From IMG/VR virus record IMGVR_UViG_3300037258_001099, positions 64,001 through 128,000 of that record: DNA of 64,000 nucleotides; one strand, 5' to 3'. The notes beneath the pieces were generated by a model, which made no database searches, had not been told where the DNA came from, and saw only the letters and a program-made list of their open reading frames with translations. The stretch comes from a virus. Below, piece after piece: positions 56,446 to 64,000 of this stretch; within the stretch, counting starts at the first letter, position 1, and the number at the start of each line of letters is the position of its first letter. Made by a program: the position numbers and the translations under genes.

Positions 56446-56504
56446 GCTGCACCTCTACCACTTCATGGTTAAGACAAAGCACAGGAACAGCGGCCAGGAG
56501 TTCT

Positions 56505-56816
56505 TTATGCAGCTTCATAGCTTCTCTCCTCCTCTCGAATCAGATGAGGAAGCGCGTACTTAATACTGAAGAAGAGAATATCTGCTGCGGTAACACTATC
56601 CCTGATTGTGAAGGGATTCATGGGTGTGTAGATGTATCTGCCTAGTCTGCCAATAAAGGACTCCAGGTGGATAGGGACCTCTGGATTCCATTCAACAAAG
56701 AGGATCTGTACAATATCGGCGATGGGAAGTTTTGTTCCCGAGTGGATGATCTTGTCAATCCTTTGCTCAAACTCTTCCTGGAGATCACGCGGAAACTCAT
56801 CAGTGTAGTGGCGCAT
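56505..56816 (-). CDS. Hypothetical protein
   Basis: GAAAGGGAAAA RBS. Confidence 0.55.
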   Translation of the reverse strand: MRHYTDEFPRDLQEEFEQRIDKIIHSGTKLPIADIVQILFVEWNPEVPIHLESFIGRLGRYIYTPMNPFTIRDSVTAADILFFSIKYALPHLIREEERSYEAA

Positions 56817-56877
56817 GGTTTTCCCTTTCCGACAATTTCCGGTAATCATTTCTCGTTACCGGAAATTGTCTTCTGTT

Positions 56878-58119
56878 CTAGGCGGATTTCTTCGAGGTGA
56901 CTAGGAGAGCCACCCGATCCTTGTGGTTAGCCTTCACATCTTCTGGAAATTTCTCAACTGCTTCCTTGTTTGCGAGAGCCGCAGTTTTGAGCTTGCCAAA
57001 GTAGCCATTGAGGATGGCGCTCTGCTTGGCATGCCCGAAGATGTCGAGGGGATGCTCAATAGCATGTTTGCCATCTGCAAATTTAGCACCAATGGCCTGC
57101 AATTCTTTGTACTCAGTGTCAAAGATCTTGGCCGTCTCGGTGAAGAATCTGGCAAGAGATAGATCATCAAGGGCTCGTGCAACCGCAGGTGCGGTCAACT
57201 CGTCTAAGGCTTTTCCAAGGGTTCGGTCCTGGAAGGCCTTGAGACGTTCCGTGGTAAATTCCTTGGTGTGGCCTATGAAGGCCTCTTTCATCGAAGCTGT
57301 GGCTGGATAGAGCGCCAGCTTCATGGCAGCTTTACGATACTCAATAGATTTGAGATCGCCTTCAGGTGATACTTCGATCCCAGCAGACTTGAAGAAAGCA
57401 TCTCTCTCCTGCTGAGTCGCGTACTTCTCGAAGAGGCTGAGGGCTGCCTTGTCTTCTTCAATGGTGAGCTTTGCTGGAGCTTGTCCCTGATTTGCTGTCT
57501 TTGGCTGCTGAGCAGCATTGCCATTATTTTGGCCCTCCTGATTAGAGGACTCGGCATCCTTGCTTGTCTGATCTTCAATATCCACACGCCCATCTCCGTA
57601 GAGAGAATTGGCAAACTGATTGCCGTAAACGCGCAGACATCGTTTCAGTCCGTCCGTTGCTGCACCTTTGCCAGCTTGCTCGTGGCTCTCCATAATGGTT
57701 CTGCGAGCATTGTCAATTTCCCAGTCCTCAACTGGCTTTTCTCGATCTTTGGGTTTCCAGTTTCTTCTGCGAGTATCGATAAGATCCTGCACTGAGACAG
57801 AAGCCGCTGGTTGATATCCGGGCTCAATGGTAGGGCCAATACATCCTCGTACCGTGAGCTCCACCATTGCTGTGTACATAATCCCAATGACCTCTCCTGA
57901 TCTTGGATCTATGACGGAGCTTGGCTCACAAGAAAGCGTTCGATGATTCCAGTTTCCTTTACCGAAAATGCGATCTGCCTGATCAATTGCGGTATGTCCC
58001 TGGATATAGCTAAGCTTCTTTTTGTTTGCCCCTTCTCTCTCGCTTATAAGTCTGGGATCAAGCTTCGCATCAAGGGCAACTTCCTGTTCATCGGTAAAAA
58101 CTTGGTGATGTTTGTGCAT
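56878..58119 (-). CDS. Rad52/Rad22-family (Sak) single-strand annealing protein
   Basis: LSYIQGHTAIDQADRIFG..NW, HEQAGKGAATDGLKRCLRVYGNQFANSLY. Confidence 0.9.
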   Translation of the reverse strand: MHKHHQVFTDEQEVALDAKLDPRLISEREGANKKKLSYIQGHTAIDQADRIFGKGNWNHRTLSCEPSSVIDPRSGEVIGIMYTAMVELTVRGCIGPTIEPGYQPAASVSVQDLIDTRRRNWKPKDREKPVEDWEIDNARRTIMESHEQAGKGAATDGLKRCLRVYGNQFANSLYGDGRVDIEDQTSKDAESSNQEGQNNGNAAQQPKTANQGQAPAKLTIEEDKAALSLFEKYATQQERDAFFKSAGIEVSPEGDLKSIEYRKAAMKLALYPATASMKEAFIGHTKEFTTERLKAFQDRTLGKALDELTAPAVARALDDLSLARFFTETAKIFDTEYKELQAIGAKFADGKHAIEHPLDIFGHAKQSAILNGYFGKLKTAALANKEAVEKFPEDVKANHKDRVALLVTSKKSA

Positions 58120-58178
58120 AGTTTCTCCTTTGTGTGGCGAACAAAATGGGGCAGCACACTCGTACTACCCCGAAACTA

Positions 58179-58694
58179 CTAATAGTTAGCACTGTCCACA
58201 CTACTATCATCTGATAACAAATGCTTCCATGATCTGTTTAGCTTTATGTCGGAAATGGATCTACCAGAAACAGAGAATTGTTTTGCAATGGATAGTCCAC
58301 TAACTCCACCTGCCAGCAATTTCTTTATTTCTCTGACCTTATCGTCTGTCAGCTTGGCGTGAGGATGGCGCTCTCCAATAGCAAACCTTTTCCTATTAAC
58401 AGAGTCCCTAGTGTTGTCCTTTCCTGTTCCTAACTCAAGATGATTGGGGTTTACATATGGTGGATTATCGCATTTGTGCCGGATAACTAACCCTTCTGGA
58501 ATAGGCCCCTTATGTAGTTCATATGAAACTCTGTGGGCCAATGCCATTGTAGGGGCTCCTCTTGCGTCATCACATCCAAATGTTCCGTAGTTCCATGCAT
58601 TGCGATAGGCAGTCCACTCCCAGCACTCATCCTCTTCCCTCCTGTCAACCTTCATCCAAAAACGCTCTTCCATAGTTAAGACGCTTTTAAACAT
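58179..58694 (-). CDS. HNH homing endonuclease
   Basis: ECWEW, AHRVSY, HKCDNP.YVNPNHL..GT..DN; C-terminal HTH. Confidence 0.85.
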   Translation of the reverse strand: MFKSVLTMEERFWMKVDRREEDECWEWTAYRNAWNYGTFGCDDARGAPTMALAHRVSYELHKGPIPEGLVIRHKCDNPPYVNPNHLELGTGKDNTRDSVNRKRFAIGERHPHAKLTDDKVREIKKLLAGGVSGLSIAKQFSVSGRSISDIKLNRSWKHLLSDDSSVDSANY

Positions 58695-58754
58695 ACTAAC
58701 CTCCTTGCAATAGATGCAAAACGAGACATGCATTAATTATCCAGTTTTTTGTGC

Positions 58755-59144
58755 TCAAAAGGGGTGGTCCTCTAGCTCCCCGAGATCCTCTATACTGCTA
58801 TCAGTATTGTTGCTGGACTGACTTCTTGGAGTGAGGAACTCCAAGTCACTTGCTACGATCTCAACGGAGGTTCGATCGATCCCATTCTTGTCCTGATACT
58901 TACGAATATCTAGGCGGCCCTCAATGTAAACTTTGTTGCCTTTCTTGAGGTACGAACTACACGTCTCGGCTAGCTTTTGCCACGCGACTACTCGGAACCA
59001 TGTTGTGTTATCTTGTGCCTCTCCATCCTTACTCTTGCGCCTGTCATTAACTGCTACGCTAAACTTGGCAACCGCTGTACCGCTTGGAGTATAGTTAAAC
59101 TCCACATCTGATCCTAAGTTTCCAATGATTATCACTTTGTTCAC
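58755..59144 (-). CDS. ssb: Single-stranded DNA-binding protein
   Basis: NKVIIIGNLG, WFRVVAW, KGNKVYIEGRL, acidic tail ending PF. Confidence 0.95.
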   Translation of the reverse strand: MNKVIIIGNLGSDVEFNYTPSGTAVAKFSVAVNDRRKSKDGEAQDNTTWFRVVAWQKLAETCSSYLKKGNKVYIEGRLDIRKYQDKNGIDRTSVEIVASDLEFLTPRSQSSNNTDSSIEDLGELEDHPF

Positions 59145-59342
59145 TTGGTCTGGTCCTTTCTGCTAAACAAATCATTAGTGGAATAACAATCTATCTTGAG
59201 ATTATTATATCACTTATCAAGAGGTCAAAACAACCTCGTCCTTTGGCTTGTGGGGCTGTTTTCTTGACACAAAATGGGGATGGGGATCGACTTTTCCTTA
59301 CTGTCTTGTGGATGCGATCCCCTTGGAAAGATATATCCTACG

Positions 59343-60203
59343 TTACAATGCTTCTTCTATCCAGGCTCCAAGTTCTTGTTCTGAGAGTAGTGATGATTCT
59401 CCTTCGATTTTGAACTTGTAGGTGACATGCCCTCTTTTGATGGCGGTGATATGTTCCTCGGAGAGAAGAACAGATCCTCCTTTAAAGGAGAGCTGACAGA
59501 TAGATGGGTCATAGGAATCGACTGGGATTATTATAAGGGGCTTGTCTGTTCTCTTGCCACTTGCGGCAGCCATTCTGCGGACTTCCTCTGTTGGCAGATC
59601 AAGGATTGTCTCAGCACCTTTCCTGATCTCCTCTCCACACATCTTATCTACTGTCTGCTTCACTTCAGCTTTCTTATCCTGGGGAAGATCTCGAAAAGAT
59701 TTACTTCCTGCGGCCCGTGCTTGCTCTTCCTGGATCTTTTTCTTCTGGCTCTCAACATCGCCTACCATATCCTTAATAGCATCGATCTGACCGCGACTTG
59801 CACCTTGAATACGCTCTTTGGCAATTCCCTGGTTGCGAACCTTGACCCAGATCATGTAGCTCGACTTTGACTGATTAATGAGCTCGCGTGAGACGCCTCG
59901 ATGAAATTCTAGGTAGTCCTCCATCGAGGTCTCATTAGAAGGAAGAAAAATGCCCCGAGCATTTCCTGAGAAAATGAGGAAACCGATTTCCAAGCGTGAG
60001 ATCTCGATGTGACTGGCGAGGGCCTTGATGCGCCCTGAATAAATCCAGAGGTAACGCTCTTCGTCTGTCTCACCTTCTGCCCCTTTAAAGTCATCAGGGT
60101 AACTTTGCTTGGCATTACTGGGATCAACAAGTTTGCTCGCAAGCTCTCCGAACTCTGAGACGATTTCTGCATCGGAAAAAGGAACGAGTGATTGATTTGG
60201 CAT
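59343..60203 (-). CDS. Hypothetical protein
   Basis: Long ORF, GAAAGGGGAAG RBS. Confidence 0.65.
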   Translation of the reverse strand: MPNQSLVPFSDAEIVSEFGELASKLVDPSNAKQSYPDDFKGAEGETDEERYLWIYSGRIKALASHIEISRLEIGFLIFSGNARGIFLPSNETSMEDYLEFHRGVSRELINQSKSSYMIWVKVRNQGIAKERIQGASRGQIDAIKDMVGDVESQKKKIQEEQARAAGSKSFRDLPQDKKAEVKQTVDKMCGEEIRKGAETILDLPTEEVRRMAAASGKRTDKPLIIIPVDSYDPSICQLSFKGGSVLLSEEHITAIKRGHVTYKFKIEGESSLLSEQELGAWIEEAL

Positions 60204-60216
60204 ACACTTCCCCTTT

Positions 60217-60834
60217 CTAAGATAAAGCGATTCCTGGATCTTGGATCGCAAACACGCTACAAGGGGAGGAATTGCTTTCTGGAGCTCTCTTTTTCAAAGA
60301 AATAACCTGATAATTGGTCGTTGCGGTGATAACTTGTGGCTTTTGTGGCGGAAACGCGGAAAGAAAAGCACGCAGCGACCAGCCTTGAGAAATCACATAT
60401 AAGAGGGTAAAGAACCAGGGGTTGCACATCGTGTCTATATAGGTCTTTACCTTCACCCGACTCATCTGTTCCCAGCAGCCAGGTTCTGCAACACAGAGCC
60501 ACTCAGGGAGATCTCGGTTTTTTCGCTTGGCACAATCACCGCATATTTTGAAGACATCATACTCAATCTTTTGCGCATGTTTTCCGTACAACTTTACCTT
60601 TTCGTCGTAGACTGGATATAAATAGAGGCATTGCTCTTCGTGATTGGGTCCAATCCCAATACAACAGAGATCACATGTAAACCAGGGGATAAGCAGCTTG
60701 CTGGCGTTGGTTTCTACTCCAGCAGCCGTATCCATTTTCTTCTGCGCTCGCCAATCTCCTACCCGCATAACGGTAAACTCACGCGGACTTTCGTAGGAAA
60801 TGACACCAAAACGAAGAAAAAAAGAAACAGACAT
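60217..60834 (-). CDS. Hypothetical Cys-rich protein
   Basis: CDLC and CGDC pairs. Confidence 0.5.
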   Translation of the reverse strand: MSVSFFLRFGVISYESPREFTVMRVGDWRAQKKMDTAAGVETNASKLLIPWFTCDLCCIGIGPNHEEQCLYLYPVYDEKVKLYGKHAQKIEYDVFKICGDCAKRKNRDLPEWLCVAEPGCWEQMSRVKVKTYIDTMCNPWFFTLLYVISQGWSLRAFLSAFPPQKPQVITATTNYQVISLKKRAPESNSSPCSVFAIQDPGIALS

Positions 60835-61126
60835 AGGGAAATTCCTCCTCTAACTAAAAAAGATCATATCCTTTCTCTCTTCATTATAGCCAAGCACACA
60901 GCCAGAAAACGCTAAATTTCCGGTAATTCTTTGGAAGGACCACTATATCCATATTTTTCTATTCAATGACAAACAAAAGAGACCCCGCTCTTTTTGTCTC
61001 TTGTTTATAACCTGCTTAGAAAGGAAAACGAAAGCATCAGGCAGAGCAGCAGTCTCTAGACCTTATCATAACACAAAGGGATTAAGGAAAAGTCGATGAA
61101 AGCCCAGGTATGTGCCTATAAGGGTA

Positions 61127-61155
61127 TTGACAGGAGTATATGATTTTGGTATACT
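61127..61155 (+). promoter_or_regulatory. Sigma70-type promoter
   Basis: TTGACA-17 bp-TATACT with TG extension. Confidence 0.8.
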
Positions 61156-61197
61156 TAGGCCATAAGTACATACTTTAGTTACGAAAGGAAAACAACT

Positions 61198-61665
61198 ATG
61201 ACACTTACAGCAGAGAAAGCAGTAAAGCACATTATTAAGATGGAACAAGGCGTTCTCTACATGAAGCTCAGGGAGAGCTTCAACACAACAACGATGCAGA
61301 TAGACTGCACGCTTGCGCAAATATCAAGAGAAGGCGTCCGTATTATCATAGCCAAGAGTAAAGACCTCTCCGATGTTACTTTCACAACAGAAGAGATGGG
61401 TCTCTTGGAAGAGGGCAGGCTTATCGTCGAGCGCTTCTGGGAAAGCGATCCTCTAGCGAAACGACATGTCTTATTAGAATGCGGACACACTGAAGATTGG
61501 GATGAGTGGAACGAGCGCATTAAGTCGTATTCTAGCACTCCTGAATACTATATGTACACGCAGCCGCAAGAAGGAACATTCTATTGCTGGGAATGTGAGA
61601 GAGATATGAGAGCGCATCGCTTCAACGAAAAGGACTTTGCAGAGGAGGTATCCACTCATGAGTAG
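61198..61665 (+). CDS. Hypothetical protein with Zn-binding motif
   Basis: LECGH...CWEC; GAAAGGAAAA RBS. Confidence 0.65.
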   Translation: MTLTAEKAVKHIIKMEQGVLYMKLRESFNTTTMQIDCTLAQISREGVRIIIAKSKDLSDVTFTTEEMGLLEEGRLIVERFWESDPLAKRHVLLECGHTEDWDEWNERIKSYSSTPEYYMYTQPQEGTFYCWECERDMRAHRFNEKDFAEEVSTHE

Positions 61666-61855
61666 GCATGGATTAAATAGGCAAGCTGACATTAGCAATG
61701 AAGTCCAGGGCAGAGCATACAAAATCCCTAAGTCAGACTGGCAAGAGATGTACTTTGATCTCTATCGCCAAACGCACGGCGAGGACCGCACTGACCAGGA
61801 TGTAATGCAGGATGCAGAAAAGCGGAGAGGGATCTTGAAGAGAGCGAGAGGGTAG
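61658..61855 (+). CDS. Hypothetical protein
   Basis: GAGGAGG RBS. Confidence 0.55.
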   Translation: MSRHGLNRQADISNEVQGRAYKIPKSDWQEMYFDLYRQTHGEDRTDQDVMQDAEKRRGILKRARG

Positions 61856-61882
61856 AGAGAGTCCACTTAATATCGATATATT

Positions 61883-61911
61883 GGGAAGGAGCAACATCCT
61901 TCCCTTATTTT
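61883..61911 (+). terminator. Intrinsic terminator
   Basis: GGGAAGGA-N6-TCCTTCCC plus T-rich tail. Confidence 0.7.
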
Positions 61912-61963
61912 TGCGCTATGCTATACTACCTGAAAACAATTTTCTTTAACGAAAGGATGATCG

Positions 61964-62263
61964 ATGACGACCTACGAACAGCCAACGCTTAGTAACTTCC
62001 GCGCCGAGAAGGGGTTTTATACAACCCGTGAGCTCGCAGAGATTTATCACGTGACTCCACAAACTATTACGGGATGGATTAGGAGAGGATGGCTCAAAGG
62101 GGAAATGCGCGAGCCTGTATCGAAAAATGCAAAGTCAATGAGAGGACGCTGGCGTATCTTCCCACAACAAATAGAGGACATTGAGTCTCATAAAGAGGAG
62201 CTAATCGAAGCTTCGAGGAAGTATTGGGTAAGATTACTTGTGTCTATTAGGAAGGGAAAATAG
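61964..62263 (+). CDS. Excisionase/MerR-like HTH protein
   Basis: YTTRELAEIYHVTPQTITGWIRRGWL...GRWRI. Confidence 0.8.
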   Translation: MTTYEQPTLSNFRAEKGFYTTRELAEIYHVTPQTITGWIRRGWLKGEMREPVSKNAKSMRGRWRIFPQQIEDIESHKEELIEASRKYWVRLLVSIRKGK

Positions 62264-62266
62264 AGG

Positions 62267-63310
62267 ATGGAACCACAACCACAGCGTCAAATGGATTTTG
62301 AGAAAGTCTCGATTGAATATCTCTACAATTACATGCGAAGTCGTATTTACTACCCAGACTACCAGCGGGGTTCTGTTTGGGAGCTGTCCAAGCGCCAGCG
62401 TCTTATTCAGACCATCCTCTCTGGTAGATCCATCGGAACGCTCACCGCTTTTAAAAGAATGAATGAGGATGGTTCAACATCCTACGGTCTCATTGATGGA
62501 CGCCAGCGCTCCGAGACAATCTTCTTTTATCTCGATGGCGCGTTCTCAACGGCAACCCAGGCATCATTTAAAAAGATGGAGCCACGAGCTCAAGTTATCC
62601 AGCCAGGAAGAAACTATGGCGAGCTTAGCCCCTATGCCAGGAGCATCCTAAATGGATATGACATCATTATCTACTCTGCCCCAACCGAAGAAGACAGAGA
62701 GGGACAAGGGCAGTCCTACCGCGACTTAAATAGCCACAAGCGCATGACTCATGCCCAGATACTCAAGTCCTATCCATCCAAGATGAATACTGCTGCAACT
62801 GCGCTCTCTGAGCATCCATTCTGGGTTGAGCTCTATAAAGGACCGAAGAAAGGCGATGAGCGCTTTCGAGGAGCACTTCATACCCTTGTCATGCAGATAG
62901 CAGGGGACTGTATCCCTCAGTCTGATGTCGTTTTGCGGGAATACTCAAGCGGACTCAAAGACAATTTTGTGACTGATGCACTGGTGGAGACATGTAATGT
63001 CAACCTGAGCATTGCATCCCACCTCTTTTCAAAGGTGAAGATTGGCAATCCTTATGAGGCCATCCCAATCTACCAGGCCGTGCTCTTTTTGCTCCGAGAT
63101 AACTATAATCTCGATCATGTAGAAAAGGGGTGCCTCACACCATGGTACGAAGAGCTCCAATCGGAATCCTTTAAGGCAAGGTATATCGGAGGACGGTCAG
63201 TCTTCTATAAGCTAGCGCAGCTTGAAGAGCAACGCTACTTCTGGGAGCACAAGGGCCAGCTTGATAAGGTAAAGAATAGTATACGAAAAGCGCAGAGAGT
63301 GACAACATGA
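62267..63310 (+). CDS. DUF262 (ParB/Srx-fold, GmrSD N-terminal-like) protein
   Basis: PDYQRGSVW, LIDGRQR, YRDLN motifs. Confidence 0.8.
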   Translation: MEPQPQRQMDFEKVSIEYLYNYMRSRIYYPDYQRGSVWELSKRQRLIQTILSGRSIGTLTAFKRMNEDGSTSYGLIDGRQRSETIFFYLDGAFSTATQASFKKMEPRAQVIQPGRNYGELSPYARSILNGYDIIIYSAPTEEDREGQGQSYRDLNSHKRMTHAQILKSYPSKMNTAATALSEHPFWVELYKGPKKGDERFRGALHTLVMQIAGDCIPQSDVVLREYSSGLKDNFVTDALVETCNVNLSIASHLFSKVKIGNPYEAIPIYQAVLFLLRDNYNLDHVEKGCLTPWYEELQSESFKARYIGGRSVFYKLAQLEEQRYFWEHKGQLDKVKNSIRKAQRVTT

Positions 63311-63627
63311 CAGAGACAACCCTTACCAATAATGATGGAAAAACCACTATCCGCACTGGCACGAGCGGTTTCACTGTAACAGCCCAGCGAGATGGTGTAA
63401 ATCTCTCAGTCCTTATGGAGTTCGATCAGGCAACGCTAGAGGAAGGGGTTGCCATGGTCGCAACTGTGCTCACCCAGCTAGAAGAGATGTACGGAGAAGC
63501 ATATGTTGCGGCGATCTGCGGACACTATGCTGAGGATACTGGGAAAAAGTTCTTTACGGAAGGTGATCACAAAGTAGGCATTATCCGAGGTGGAAATCGC
63601 GGGAAGCCACCGAGGAAGAAAAGATGA
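63307..63627 (+). CDS. Hypothetical protein
   Basis: ATGA coupling to the DUF262 gene. Confidence 0.55.
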   Translation: MTETTLTNNDGKTTIRTGTSGFTVTAQRDGVNLSVLMEFDQATLEEGVAMVATVLTQLEEMYGEAYVAAICGHYAEDTGKKFFTEGDHKVGIIRGGNRGKPPRKKR

Positions 63628-63630
63628 CAC

Positions 63631-63663
63631 AGAGCACTCTCTTTGATAGGAGAGTGCTTTTTA
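63631..63663 (+). terminator. Intrinsic terminator
   Basis: AGCACTCTC...GAGAGTGCT plus T-run. Confidence 0.7.
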
Positions 63664-64000
63664 TACTGGAAGCAAACCGTGCAATAGAAACCATCCAATA
63701 ACTATTGCAAGCACTACGAGGAAAACGATAACGCAGCCAGTTTGAAAAACGTTCTTCATATTACTAGTATAGTTGTGAACGAAAGAGAGTAATTCAGCGG
63801 TAAATGGATAAGCAGGTTGAAAAGGCCTGCTTTTTCTTTGGAATGGAGTGTGCCAAAAAGGAATGGATAATGGCACAGCTCGTCTTCAGAAAATTTTTCT
63901 TTACTTGAGCTCTTGACAAAGTGGCAAAAAGGTGGCATAATCAAAGTGTCAAAACTTTTCCTCTGTTAATGGGAAAGTGGCACAAAGGAAGGGAAAGCTA

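Noticed and set aside
58420-58480. Inactivation of the HNH by Cys-to-Tyr (DNPPYVNP)
   Set aside because: Single substitution with the H and N residues retained; effect cannot be judged from sequence
61964-62263. Excisionase with att site
   Set aside because: No integrase or att core visible; only a generic HTH call is supportable
63661-63876. Small leftward membrane protein
   Set aside because: Start ambiguous and the ORF is very short; insufficient support
1-64000. tRNA or rRNA genes
   Set aside because: No cloverleaf or T-loop pattern noticed in intergenic gaps by eye; tRNAscan-SE would be decisive

Overview
The window is a 64 kb segment of a large tailed phage, probably a phage-plasmid. 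A Chloroflexota (Ktedonobacteria-like) host is inferred from gene style only. It contains: nucleotide-metabolism genes (tmk, a class II ribonucleotide reductase with two mini-inteins, a HAD phosphatase); an actin-type ParM partition locus with two paralogous ParR-like genes and TACTAG repeats; a siphovirus-like tail module (tube, chaperones, tape measure, lysin); a second displaced structural/lysis block; many small leftward genes; an arc-tnpB element; and a recombination/replication module (SSB, Sak/Rad52, SF2 helicase, primase fragment). Two observations stand out. (1) The 4588-aa tape measure protein carries two tandem UvrD-like SF1 helicase domains ahead of its coiled-coil, TM and lytic transglycosylase parts. 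(2) The predicted omega-RNA guide of an intact TnpB matches a motif (TAAGGAAAAGTCGAT) found at six other, mostly intergenic, sites, one just upstream of its own promoter. A candidate Acb2/Tad1-type anti-defence protein is also present. All calls come from reading motifs by eye; no database search was run.
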